DNA of 64,000 nt from a virus. The stretch covers positions 1 through 64,000 of the IMG/VR virus record IMGVR_UViG_3300018432_000013; one strand, given 5' to 3'. The first letter of the stretch is position 1. The number at the start of each line of letters is the position of its first letter. Positions 36,123-45,559 of this stretch are shown here, piece by piece. The notes under the pieces are model-generated. The model searched no databases. It was not told the DNA's origin and saw only the letters and a list, made by a program, of their open reading frames with translations. Both the position numbers and the translations under genes were made by a program.

Positions 36123-37034
36123 ATGCCGAAAGCCAGAACGACGAAGCAGCCAGCCACACCCGTGCGTGCCAAGGTCGACGACGCGCTCTGGGAAAAGATC
36201 CTGCTGTTTTACGTGAACAACCCGAAGCAGCACATGCAGGCCACCAAGGTCTTCGGGCTCTCGCGCCGCACCCTAACGGGGCTCTTCTACGAGGGCGCAC
36301 AGCACCTCAATAAGCCCCCGATGAAGAACCTGGTCGGCACCGTCGAGGTCCGTGCGCGCGCTCTTCGTGCAGGCCTACGAGACCAGGAGCTCGCGCGCGC
36401 CGACCAGGAAATCGACGCCATCATCAACGCCACTTCAGCAAGCGCTCTTGCGCAGAGCGTGGATGATGCGGCCCGCGCGCGCAGCGAGGAGGGAGCCGTC
36501 GTCGGTGCTGCGCGCCGCAACATCCTCTCACTGCAGTCGCTTCTGATCCCCCTGCTCGCAGGCGCCAAGAAGCGCGCGCGTGACCTCGAGAAGCTGCTCG
36601 ACAACGACCAGATTGAACCCTGGGAGCTGCTCAAGCTTTTCCGCGAGCTCGGCAAGTTCCAGCACGACCTCAACAGCGCTGCCAAGATCAACATGGACAT
36701 GGAGCGCATGCTGATGGGTGAGCCTGCCGAGTCGAAGACAGCGCAACCCATGACCCAGCGCGACGCCGTGCGCGTCCTCGAGCTCGGCGCGCGCACTCTC
36801 GAACGCATGCGCGGCAACGGCCGCCTGATTGAAGGTAAGGGGATCGAGGTCGCGCGTGTAGTAGCTAGCGCTGACGACGAGGAAGAGCTCGACCCGGAAG
36901 ACCTTGAGCCTGAGCCTTTCCCCGATGCGGGCGAAGAGAGTGAGCGCTTTGTACAACCTGAAGATCTCGCTGCGGCTGTGCGCACTCACTACGACCCAGA
37001 CGAGGAGATCTTCAACACGGAGGACGAGCCATGA
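36123..37034 (+). CDS. HTH/coiled-coil protein with acidic tail; terminase small subunit candidate
   Basis: QATKVFGLSRRTL HTH; MERMLMGEP; D/E-rich end. Confidence 0.5.
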   Translation: MPKARTTKQPATPVRAKVDDALWEKILLFYVNNPKQHMQATKVFGLSRRTLTGLFYEGAQHLNKPPMKNLVGTVEVRARALRAGLRDQELARADQEIDAIINATSASALAQSVDDAARARSEEGAVVGAARRNILSLQSLLIPLLAGAKKRARDLEKLLDNDQIEPWELLKLFRELGKFQHDLNSAAKINMDMERMLMGEPAESKTAQPMTQRDAVRVLELGARTLERMRGNGRLIEGKGIEVARVVASADDEEELDPEDLEPEPFPDAGEESERFVQPEDLAAAVRTHYDPDEEIFNTEDEP

Positions 37035-37231
37035 CGGGCTTCTTTGTCGGCCGCGTGTTCTTCCACATCTACACCGAAAAGGAAAACGTCTGCTGCAACG
37101 AGTGCGGCAAGTGGCTCGACGCGTCCATTGCCGCAGAGCACGCGCGCAAACGCCACCGCGGCCGCGCCGATGGTGTGCTCGCTGGGCAGCTCGGCCTGCC
37201 GTTCACGAACACGCCCGACGTACCGCGCTAG
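37031..37231 (+). CDS. small C2H2-type zinc finger protein
   Basis: CNECGKWLDASIAAEHARKRH; ATGA coupling. Confidence 0.6.
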   Translation: MTGFFVGRVFFHIYTEKENVCCNECGKWLDASIAAEHARKRHRGRADGVLAGQLGLPFTNTPDVPR

Positions 37232-37824
37232 CTCACTGCCTGCGGCGCAAAACGTTTCGCGATACGCGCAAAGTCGCGAAGTCTGCGCAGCTCGTCAATC
37301 GCAGCCTCGATGTCGACCGAGGCACGATGCGCGGCGCCAGCATCAGGCTTCTTCAAGCCGAAGTCAGCGAGGTTGAAGATGCGCCGGCCGGAGCCCACTT
37401 CAAGAATCTGGTACGAGCACGCCCAGTCAAACAGCGGAAGCGCACGCTCGATCATGCGCTTGTCGAACTGGACGGAGTAGCCGATCAGCATGATCTCGCC
37501 CGGCCTCATGCCCATCCTGCGCAGAAACTCAAGCAGGCGCATCTCCACGAGCTGCGGCGTCGTAGAGCGCTGCGCCCGTTCATACTCCCTGCGCACTTCC
37601 GCAAGCAGCCCGCTCTTCTCGTGCCACTCGCGCACTTTGGGATCGAGCTGCGCTTCAAGGTGGCCGTAGGTCGCTGCCTCCGTCACGAGCGACCCGAACC
37701 GGCCAAGCGTGTTGAGGCGCTCATCGAGTGCCACGGCTGCAATCTCGAGGACAAAGTCATGCTCGAAGTCGACGCCCGTAGTCTCGAGGTCAACGCCGAG
37801 CAGGTAGTTCGTCTTGGCAATCAT
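37228..37824 (-). CDS. orn: oligoribonuclease-like DEDDh exonuclease
   Basis: VDLETTG..VLEIA, H..SGLL, GYSVQFDKRMI, HRASVDI. Confidence 0.8.
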   Translation of the reverse strand: MIAKTNYLLGVDLETTGVDFEHDFVLEIAAVALDERLNTLGRFGSLVTEAATYGHLEAQLDPKVREWHEKSGLLAEVRREYERAQRSTTPQLVEMRLLEFLRRMGMRPGEIMLIGYSVQFDKRMIERALPLFDWACSYQILEVGSGRRIFNLADFGLKKPDAGAAHRASVDIEAAIDELRRLRDFARIAKRFAPQAVS

Positions 37825-38171
37825 CAGCGGCTCCGCTCTCGCAGAAGCTGCGCTGCATGCTCAAGTCCATGCGCGTACGCCGCCGCCATGGAGAGCTCGA
37901 ACTCGCCTGCCGCCCGAAAGCGCTGCACGTGTAGCTCGGCCTCGCCCTCCAGCAACGCCGCAAGTTCGCGATCGTTGTCGATCAAGCGATACCAATCGTC
38001 CCGTAACAGCGCAGGGCCGGCGACCAAAGTATCAGCCTCCTGCCCTTGATAGACGTAGCGGAAATCCGCTCCGTCGAAGTGGTAGTAAGCGCCGTCGCTC
38101 ATGCCTGGATGCGCAAAGCGCACGCCCGGCGCGATCTCCATCTCGCGAAACGCCGCATGCCCCTTCACCAC
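37824..38171 (-). CDS. hypothetical protein
   Basis: TGATG-coupled to orn; GAGG SD. Confidence 0.65.
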   Translation of the reverse strand: MVKGHAAFREMEIAPGVRFAHPGMSDGAYYHFDGADFRYVYQGQEADTLVAGPALLRDDWYRLIDNDRELAALLEGEAELHVQRFRAAGEFELSMAAAYAHGLEHAAQLLRERSR

Positions 38172-38201
38172 TCACCTCGTGGCGAGTGCAGTGACGAGGC
38201 T

Positions 38202-38621
38202 TCAAGGACGAACTGGAACGCCATACACAACGTTGGTGCCCGAAACTCCACCCGCGATGATGAGCGCAAGCTCGCGTGGTGCAACTTTGTGTGCGGTTGC
38301 CGCGCGCATGATGGCCACGCGCGGCTCGACACCGCTCAGGATGAGCGTTCGTGTCAGACGAGCGGCCTTTTCCATGGGCGACTCTTCTGAAGTCCCAACC
38401 CCAATCACGACGGTCACATCGCCCTCTGGGGCGCCTGGATCGATCAGCACCACTCGCTTGCCGTCCGCCATAAAGCCTCCCCGATAGGCGCGCTCCTCGT
38501 CGAGTCGCTTGCCGCGCTTGCCGCGCGATCGTATGCCGCGCGCTGCTTTGCGCGTGAGGAGCGTCTTGCCCTCCTTGAGCGCCTCGACGCGCTCGCGCAG
38601 CGTGTTGTACTTCTTCGGCAT
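38202..38621 (-). CDS. basic hypothetical protein
   Basis: TGATG-coupled to adaptor gene. Confidence 0.6.
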   Translation of the reverse strand: MPKKYNTLRERVEALKEGKTLLTRKAARGIRSRGKRGKRLDEERAYRGGFMADGKRVVLIDPGAPEGDVTVVIGVGTSEESPMEKAARLTRTLILSGVEPRVAIMRAATAHKVAPRELALIIAGGVSGTNVVYGVPVRP

Positions 38622-39709
38622 CAGGCCGCTCCCAGCCGGGGACCTCGGCGATAGAGATGGATGATGTGATCAAGCTCCGGGTCACCTGTGGTTCCGCCGA
38701 CGAGCGCGCCGCGCGTGGCGGCATCCACGCCCCCGAACATCGAGTAGCTCTGGTCACGCGTCGTCTCGCCGGTGAGCTTCCAGCGCTTCAACGCGTCATC
38801 ACGCGACGCCACGTCGGCAAGCTTGGCGAGGTCTCGAAACGCCATCAGCGCCACGGCGCGCGCGACCAGCATGGGCGTGCTACCCGTCGGCGAACTGTCC
38901 GGATCCGTGTACCCGAACACCCCGCGCACCGTCACGCTTCGGCGCGCAAACCCAAAGCCGTACCCATCTGCCCAGTACCCGAGCGACGCATACTCGATGC
39001 GCGGCGCCTCGCGATCGTCCGGGTCGAGCAGCCCCTGCAGGTGGCGGTTGTACACACGCAGCACGCCGAGGTCTGTCCCGGGCTCGAGTTCGAAGTTGGC
39101 TGGCGTGCCGATATGCACCGAGAGCAGCGCGATAATCGGCTCCTCCAGCATCACGACGCGCGAGCCCTGCGGCGCAAGCTGCATGGCCTTGTAGCGCGGC
39201 TCGAACGAGCGCCCCGTGAACTGCTCAAAGAGCCGACTCGCAAGCACGAGCTTCATCACCAGCGTTGCGTCGGTCACGGACGTCGGCACACCCTCTTCCC
39301 GCAGCGTCGCCACCTCGGCGTAGCAAGGCGTGGGGAGCGCCATGGAGAAGTAACGAGGCGGCAAGCTCTCCACGATCTCAAAGGACGTGACGAACACCCA
39401 CTCGACCGTATCCGCTTGCAGGATGCGATACCACCAGCGCACTTCGTACGGGCCGGTGGCGGCGTCCTCAGGCGCTGTCCAGTCCGCCACGTAGCGCCCG
39501 GGAGACAATCGATCCCCAAGCGGTGCGTCCGCCAAATCCACGAGCGCCCGGTCCCCTTCGGTCGGCGGAAAGACCTGCACTCCCGCTGTGCGGTCGAAGA
39601 TGGCGAACTCGATGGCGCCTGGATCGACAAGCAAGCCGCTCACGATGAAGAACGCGTCAAGGGCCGGGCGGCCGCTGTGGCTACGCTGACCGCGCGCGAG
39701 GATAGTCAT
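38621..39709 (-). CDS. head-tail adaptor with extra N-terminal beta domain
   Basis: YAEVATLREEG..ASRLFEQFTGRSF, TGDPELDHII..YR. Confidence 0.7.
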   Translation of the reverse strand: MTILARGQRSHSGRPALDAFFIVSGLLVDPGAIEFAIFDRTAGVQVFPPTEGDRALVDLADAPLGDRLSPGRYVADWTAPEDAATGPYEVRWWYRILQADTVEWVFVTSFEIVESLPPRYFSMALPTPCYAEVATLREEGVPTSVTDATLVMKLVLASRLFEQFTGRSFEPRYKAMQLAPQGSRVVMLEEPIIALLSVHIGTPANFELEPGTDLGVLRVYNRHLQGLLDPDDREAPRIEYASLGYWADGYGFGFARRSVTVRGVFGYTDPDSSPTGSTPMLVARAVALMAFRDLAKLADVASRDDALKRWKLTGETTRDQSYSMFGGVDAATRGALVGGTTGDPELDHIIHLYRRGPRLGAA

Positions 39710-39766
39710 GGGACGCGTCACTCCTCAGCGCGCCCACAGAGAGCGGGCTGCGCGGTCCGATAGGTT

Positions 39767-40504
39767 TCAGCGATTGCGGCGTCGGCGACCGGACGGCGGG
39801 CTCGCAGGCGCGTCCTCTTCGCCGTCTCCACGTCCCTCGAGCGCGTCGGGCCCGAAGTCTGTGTCGCCCGGCGCGACGTAGTTCGGCTCGTCGTCCGGAT
39901 TGGCCGATTGCCCGTCGATGAGCACGGGCGCCTGAAACTGCTGATCACGATCGATGTTGGCAGCGTTGACGCTGAGCGTCTTGTCGTCGACACCCTGCGC
40001 CGCCGCCTCATCGAACACCGCGCTATCCGTCTCCTGCGTGACATGCGGGATGTCGGAGTACGTGTTGCGCGTGACGGTGCCGGAAGGCTGCGGCATCGGG
40101 TACACGCGCGGCGGCGGATACCCGTTCGGCGGAAACTCGTCGTTCGGTGCCTGGAGATCTGCCGTGGTCAGCACGCCTGCACGAGCCACCGAGGTCCGGC
40201 GCGGATCGTTGGCACGTAGCTGCGGCGACTGGTTCGGGCGCAGCGCCGATGCGCGCTCCCGTCGCGCGTTCTCGCGCTCTTCGACCTTGCTGGCGTCTTC
40301 TTCACTCAGGACGTCGAAGACGCTCTGCGACAGCGGATCGCTCTCGTCCTGCAGCAACTCCTTGAGCTGCTCACCGAGCGCGACCGGAATGCGGTACCAG
40401 CCCGCCGATTCACGAAAGCGCTGACCCATGAACGTATAGGTCTGCACCTTGTAACCCTGCTTGGGGTTGTAGGGCTTGATGCGAGCGAGCACAAAATCAG
40501 CCAT
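39767..40504 (-). CDS. hypothetical virion-cluster protein with acidic disordered C-terminus
   Basis: ARIKPYNPKQG..GWYRI; SD present. Confidence 0.7.
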   Translation of the reverse strand: MADFVLARIKPYNPKQGYKVQTYTFMGQRFRESAGWYRIPVALGEQLKELLQDESDPLSQSVFDVLSEEDASKVEERENARRERASALRPNQSPQLRANDPRRTSVARAGVLTTADLQAPNDEFPPNGYPPPRVYPMPQPSGTVTRNTYSDIPHVTQETDSAVFDEAAAQGVDDKTLSVNAANIDRDQQFQAPVLIDGQSANPDDEPNYVAPGDTDFGPDALEGRGDGEEDAPASPPSGRRRRNR

Positions 40505-40540
40505 GGTCGTTCCCCCTTGAATCTGGATCAGGTTCTCATA

Positions 40541-41218
40541 CTACGGCCCCATTTTCGTGCCCTTTCGTGGCACCTTGCGGGCCGCCTTCATCTCAGCTTG
40601 GTTGGTGCCCCGAACCCGCTCGACCGCGAACTGCGGCTCCACCGTATGCATGGGAAGTGCACGCAAGCGCGGGTCTGGAACATCGCCGCCCTCTCGGCGC
40701 AGCGTCTCGTTCTCGGCCTTGAGCTGCAGGTTGTTCTCTCTTTCGGCTGCAAGCTGTCCTGACAGTCGTGCGTTCTCGAGCGCTGCGCGGTCGTTGGAGA
40801 TCCTCAGCTTTTGCAGCTGCTCGACAAGCGCGCGCAACTCCTCGACCTCGGCGTGCTCCTGCGCGCCTGCAATCCTTGCCTGCGTGAGATCTCCACGCAG
40901 CCGCATCAGTGCCGCCTGCGCCTCGCTGAGCTCCTGACGCAGCCGCAGCGACTCGACCTCCTTGCTCAGAAGCTGCAGGTCGAGCGCTGGGGCTGCGTGC
41001 GTCCCGTGCAGCGCGGACGTTGGTGACCCAACTGCGGCGACGTCCGCTGCGCCGCGGGCTGTGGCCGCTGCGGACTTCTCTGCGGCCCTCTCCGCCCTCT
41101 TCATACGCCCCGTCGGTCCGATCATCGGCGCAATCCACGTATCGAAGACGAGCTTCACCAGCGCTGCCGCAGCAGCGGCAAGGATCGTGATCAACCACGT
41201 GGGTGGCGTGAGATTCAT
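40541..41218 (-). CDS. membrane-anchored coiled-coil protein
   Basis: N-terminal TM; long heptad region. Confidence 0.7.
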   Translation of the reverse strand: MNLTPPTWLITILAAAAAALVKLVFDTWIAPMIGPTGRMKRAERAAEKSAAATARGAADVAAVGSPTSALHGTHAAPALDLQLLSKEVESLRLRQELSEAQAALMRLRGDLTQARIAGAQEHAEVEELRALVEQLQKLRISNDRAALENARLSGQLAAERENNLQLKAENETLRREGGDVPDPRLRALPMHTVEPQFAVERVRGTNQAEMKAARKVPRKGTKMGP

Positions 41219-41241
41219 TCACCTCAGAGCTCCTCGACGGT

Positions 41242-41727
41242 TTAGTCGTCGTCCTTGTCGTCGGGGCCGAGCACGCCGGCTGCGCGCAGCTTCTCGCGTG
41301 CAGACTTGCGCTGCTCCTTCGGCATGCGCTTGAGCGCGTCGCGCAGCATCTCCTTCACATCGCGGCGACTGCCGGGCTTAGCCTTCGCCGCTGTCTGAGG
41401 GTTTGCGGTAGCGTCCGTGGCCGAGGCGAACATCTGCTGCTCATCGAAGATGGGCATGGTCTCGTTGTTCGGGCCGGCGCGGTCGGTGACGTAGTTGATG
41501 AGGTCGACCGGAAGAATGATCGCGCCCCAGGCGGGAATGCAGAACCACACCGCCCCGCCCTGTCCGCCGAGCACCACACCCTCCCATGAGTTGTCTATCT
41601 GCAGATGGTCATCGACAACCAGGTTAGAGCCCTCGTAGATGAGCCCATCCGGATTGAAGTCCTGATAGGTGGACTTGAAGTCGTCGATCGTCGTCTGCTC
41701 TTCAGTCGTGAGTTGCAAGCGTTCCAT
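41242..41727 (-). CDS. hypothetical protein
   Basis: AAGGA SD; typical codon usage. Confidence 0.7.
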   Translation of the reverse strand: MERLQLTTEEQTTIDDFKSTYQDFNPDGLIYEGSNLVVDDHLQIDNSWEGVVLGGQGGAVWFCIPAWGAIILPVDLINYVTDRAGPNNETMPIFDEQQMFASATDATANPQTAAKAKPGSRRDVKEMLRDALKRMPKEQRKSAREKLRAAGVLGPDDKDDD

Positions 41728-41745
41728 AGCGGCTTTCCTTTCGCC

Positions 41746-44679
41746 TTATGCGGCCCACGCACGTGCGTGCTGCAAACCAAGAGCAGGCGCGCCGACCTTG
41801 GCAAAGGTCGCGGCATTGCCCGTGCGATCGGTGATGGTGCCAGGCACGTCATTGCCGGCAGCACGCGCGTCGAGGTCGAAGTCGAACAGCATTCCAGGCA
41901 GCCCCGGAACCGGCATGATCCGTTCGCTCGCCATGACGGCATCCCACTGTGCCTGGTACTGCGCGAGCGACGCCACGCCGAGCGCGTACGTGAAGCCGTA
42001 GATCTCCCAACCCTCCGCAGCCAGTAGCGCGGTGTGATTGACGCGGCCCAGCATCGGGGCGCCCGTCGTCGCAGCAGCAAAGCCGCCCGTGAGAGTGACT
42101 GCTGTTCCGACGTCGAGGCGCTTGGCACGCAGACGCGCAGCCGAGCCGTCATAGGTTCCCTGCAGAAGATGGATCTTGCCGACGTCGCTTGCGCTCATCA
42201 CAGCGGACGATGAGTTGACTGCAGTCGAGCCATTCCCGACGCCTAACACTACCGTGCTGTTCAGGCCGACCGACGCGAACGACCAGCCATGCGTAGTGTT
42301 GGCGCGCTGTCCGAGCAGACCACGCGTCGCAGACGTGACGGACTGCGAGACCAGGCGCGCGAGGATCGACACCGTGAAGCCTGCAGGGTCACCAGGCAGC
42401 GCGTTGACTGCTGCGGCGAAGTAGCTCGCAAGCGTCCACGTGTTGCCGCCGTACAAGATCGGGCTCGTCTCGTAGCTCCACACGCGCTCGACGCGCTGCG
42501 CGACAGTCAGGCCCGTCCCTACGCGTGCGAGATGGTCGGTGCCGATGCGATCGAGCACCGTTGCAGGCACGCCGTTGTCGGGGCCGCCGTTGGCGATAGT
42601 GTCTGCAGTCAGGTCGTGAACGCGGTCGGTCTTGCCGGCGATCGCCAGCATCCGATAACCGGCTGTGACAATCGCGGCTGTGTGCTGCTGAATGTCCGCC
42701 AGCGAGAGCGAGGCGTTGCCGAAACCAAAGCCGCGCGCATCCCAGTCCTGCGCAACGATAGTGAGATTGTTGCTTGCACCGAAGCTCAAGGCGACCGTGG
42801 CGGGCGTGAAAGTTACGGCAACGGGCGCTCCCGTGCTCACCCCGTTTAGATAGAACTCAAGGAACCCCGCCTCATAGCGCATGTGCAGAATCAGGGGCTG
42901 TCCAACGTTGCCGGCCGTCAGATTCGGGATCGCAGCCGTCACGCTGTTGTTGACGGTCGCCTGCAGCTGTATGCCGGCCGTGGCGAACACGCGGAACTTG
43001 TTAGCCGCTTCGAAGAGGCAGCGATACAGCGGCGAGGATGCGATGGACCACGGCGTGCCAATGAATGAGCACCACCATGTCGCACCGATGCTGATCGAGC
43101 CGAGTAGATAGTGCGCAGCGCTAAACCCCTGCACCCCGTACGTCTTGCGCCCGTCAACACTCGGATCGATCACGCGCACCGTTGGCGTGCCGACCTTGCT
43201 CATGACGTCTGCAGCAGCGCCCGTGATGTTGTCGGCAAGTGCTGTTGGCGCGACTGGCCCCGTTGCAACAACAACCGCTACTTCAAGCGTCCCTGTGCGC
43301 GTAAGATGATCGGTGCCGATGCGATCAAGCACGGTGGAAGGCATAGCCAAGCCGTTTGACTCGATGTCTGCCGACAGATCATAAATGTGCTGCGTTTTAT
43401 TCGGGATGGGCTGGATGCGCCCACTCGCGAGGATCGCCAACGCGTTGTCCGCGATTTCTACAGCCGTAGGGACAAAGTGTCCGCCAGCCGCACCGAATGC
43501 AGACGCAGCCGACGCTGGGTTATCAAGCTGCGACCGAACACCGATAAACGTGCTCGTGGCCATTGGTGTGAAGCCGGTAATGTTGGTGCCAGTTCCAACT
43601 TCGACACCATTGAAGTAGAGCCGTACTTTGCTCCCGTCGTGCACGCCGTGGATCACGCAGGGAATACCGAAATCACCGGACGACCAAGTACGAGCGGGCG
43701 CATTGGTCCCGACTGACGCGCCGTCCACAGCCGAAAAGAGAACCACGCCTCCTACGGAGAGTATCTGCCACCCGGCACCGAAGTAACCCCTACAGAACAG
43801 CGCCCCTGTGGTGGTGGCGTAGACGATTCCATACCAGACCACGTGGAAGCCAGCCACGATGCCGGCTATGCCGCCAAGGTTGGCAGTCGCGAGGTAGTTC
43901 GCCGTTGAAAAGCCACGCGCCCCGTACGTCTTACGCCCCGCCGGATTGTGGACACCAGCAAGCGCACGCTTTGCGGACCAGTGATGCGTCACCGTCGCGC
44001 CGGCGATCGTGTCGGGAAGATCACCGAGAGTGCGGGTGGCCATCGCGAGCGCGGCGATGTCTGCGTCGCTTGGCGTGCCGCGAAACGTCAAAGTACCAAG
44101 CAGGCTCCCGCCTAAGAACGGGCCGGCGCCGCTCGCGCCAGCCCCCGAAGTCATCACGGACGAGAACGGTGTATAGCCAACGCAGGCGTTCGTGGAGAAC
44201 AGATGCGGCCCGAAATAGAACTTGAGCAGATTGCCCGCGCCGGTATGCAAGGCGGTGAACAGCAGCACCTGGCCGACTTGACTCGGCGCGACGGTGTACT
44301 GTGTGGACAGGGCCGCTAGAGCGGCGTTGATAAAGTAACACTCCAGCCTGTTGATCGTGTCGAGCTGCGCCAAGTAGCCCCCGCCACCGACGCCGGACGC
44401 GCCCCAACGGCCAAGCAGGCGCCGGAAGCTCGCCACGAGACTCTCTAAGCGCGTCGCTATGACGTAGCCAAAGCCCGTCGCCACCCCCGCCTCGCCACCC
44501 AGATTCTGCGTCGTGTAGTAGTTGGCGGCGCTGAAGTCGGACAGCGCGTACATCCATGCACTACGCAGTGCATTGGCCTTGCGCTGCGCAAGCGTGAGAG
44601 AACCGCCACCCCCGCGCGAGCCCGGATACCGACGCTCGCTACCCGGAAACCGTCGGTGCAATGCACGCTGCGAACTCAC
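41746..44679 (-). CDS. large repeat protein with about four LamG/ConA-like domains (head fibre or decoration candidate)
   Basis: Repeats RKTYG..GFS.A.YL, TVLDRIGTDHL; DGSKVRLYFNGVEVG. Confidence 0.75.
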   Translation of the reverse strand: MSSQRALHRRFPGSERRYPGSRGGGGSLTLAQRKANALRSAWMYALSDFSAANYYTTQNLGGEAGVATGFGYVIATRLESLVASFRRLLGRWGASGVGGGGYLAQLDTINRLECYFINAALAALSTQYTVAPSQVGQVLLFTALHTGAGNLLKFYFGPHLFSTNACVGYTPFSSVMTSGAGASGAGPFLGGSLLGTLTFRGTPSDADIAALAMATRTLGDLPDTIAGATVTHHWSAKRALAGVHNPAGRKTYGARGFSTANYLATANLGGIAGIVAGFHVVWYGIVYATTTGALFCRGYFGAGWQILSVGGVVLFSAVDGASVGTNAPARTWSSGDFGIPCVIHGVHDGSKVRLYFNGVEVGTGTNITGFTPMATSTFIGVRSQLDNPASAASAFGAAGGHFVPTAVEIADNALAILASGRIQPIPNKTQHIYDLSADIESNGLAMPSTVLDRIGTDHLTRTGTLEVAVVVATGPVAPTALADNITGAAADVMSKVGTPTVRVIDPSVDGRKTYGVQGFSAAHYLLGSISIGATWWCSFIGTPWSIASSPLYRCLFEAANKFRVFATAGIQLQATVNNSVTAAIPNLTAGNVGQPLILHMRYEAGFLEFYLNGVSTGAPVAVTFTPATVALSFGASNNLTIVAQDWDARGFGFGNASLSLADIQQHTAAIVTAGYRMLAIAGKTDRVHDLTADTIANGGPDNGVPATVLDRIGTDHLARVGTGLTVAQRVERVWSYETSPILYGGNTWTLASYFAAAVNALPGDPAGFTVSILARLVSQSVTSATRGLLGQRANTTHGWSFASVGLNSTVVLGVGNGSTAVNSSSAVMSASDVGKIHLLQGTYDGSAARLRAKRLDVGTAVTLTGGFAAATTGAPMLGRVNHTALLAAEGWEIYGFTYALGVASLAQYQAQWDAVMASERIMPVPGLPGMLFDFDLDARAAGNDVPGTITDRTGNAATFAKVGAPALGLQHARAWAA

Positions 44680-44686
44680 TCAAACC

Positions 44687-45079
44687 TCACTCGTTCTGCG
44701 TCATGTCACTCAGGTGCCCGTAGAACTCCGCCGAGGCGGTGTCGGCCTCGATGGAAAAGTGCGTCCACTTCCTACGGATGTAGCGATCGATCGACTCGCC
44801 AGCCTCGATGGGGAACGCGATGGTCGCGGCCGTGGTCCACGCGGGTGGCGTGCCCGTCACGCGCGCTGCGCGATCCGCTTCAATCGAAGCGGACGTTCCG
44901 AACAGGAGCCAGATCGTGCCGCCGCGCGCCTTGAACAGCACGCGCCGCATCTTCCACGCAGTCGGCACGACGAAGACCCTGTGAGTCAGGTCCGGCAGCG
45001 TGTAGGCGAAGTTCAGCTGTCCCGTTTCGAGCGCGGGAAAGCGCATCGCCGACTCGATGATGTGTGACAGCCAGGTCAT
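44687..45079 (-). CDS. hypothetical protein
   Basis: In capsid operon. Confidence 0.65.
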   Translation of the reverse strand: MTWLSHIIESAMRFPALETGQLNFAYTLPDLTHRVFVVPTAWKMRRVLFKARGGTIWLLFGTSASIEADRAARVTGTPPAWTTAATIAFPIEAGESIDRYIRRKWTHFSIEADTASAEFYGHLSDMTQNE

Positions 45080-45099
45080 CGCTCAGGCCCCCAACGAGC

Positions 45100-45165
45100 A
45101 AAAGAAGAGGGCGTGGCATGCGCTGTCCGTAGTCCCCCGACCGAACGACCCTGCACACCACGCCC
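45100..45165 (-). terminator. long-loop intrinsic terminator after capsid and decoration genes
   Basis: GGGCGTGGTGTGC...GCATGCCACGCCC then TCTTCTTTT. Confidence 0.55.
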
Positions 45166-45195
45166 CGCGAGAAGCGCCCCCCGACGCAGCCTCGC

Positions 45196-45513
45196 TCAGC
45201 AGCTGACGACAAGCACCGTGAACGTCGTCGCAGAGAGGTCCGTCGCAGCAGCGACCTCCGTGCCAGCGGCGACGCTGACCTTGAGCTTGTCGGTCGCACG
45301 GTCGTAGTAGACGCGGTGCGTTGCGGGATCGAGCCCGATCACCGCGATGATGTCGAGCGAGCCGCGCCCGACGGCCTGCCGCACGAAGGCGCGGAAGTTC
45401 GCCGTGCCGCCCGCCGCGTACGCGTTGTCCCCTGCGAATCGCAGGAGGTCCATCATACCGGGCCGGCTATCGTGGCTGAAGCGGCCCTGAACTGTTGCTG
45501 CACCAAGCGCCAT
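45196..45513 (-). CDS. capsid decoration-like protein
   Basis: Follows capsid gene; GDNAYAAGG, EVAAATDLS. Confidence 0.6.
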   Translation of the reverse strand: MALGAATVQGRFSHDSRPGMMDLLRFAGDNAYAAGGTANFRAFVRQAVGRGSLDIIAVIGLDPATHRVYYDRATDKLKVSVAAGTEVAAATDLSATTFTVLVVSC

Positions 45514-45559
45514 GGTCAGATCTCCCCAATCGTCAGGATAAAGGTCTGTGGCTCGCCGA

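Noticed and set aside
17863-43591. Near-matches to the motif at 17863 (+), about 21335 (-) and about 43582 (-)
   Set aside because: First base is not R, and they are mid-gene Gly-Thr-Asn codons or antisense; not counted. Copies at 38232 and 40601 are also in coding sequence and are less certain.
42535-43940. Repeat pairs as a diversity-generating retroelement TR/VR
   Set aside because: Short, both copies in one ORF, differences not adenine-specific, no reverse transcriptase seen.
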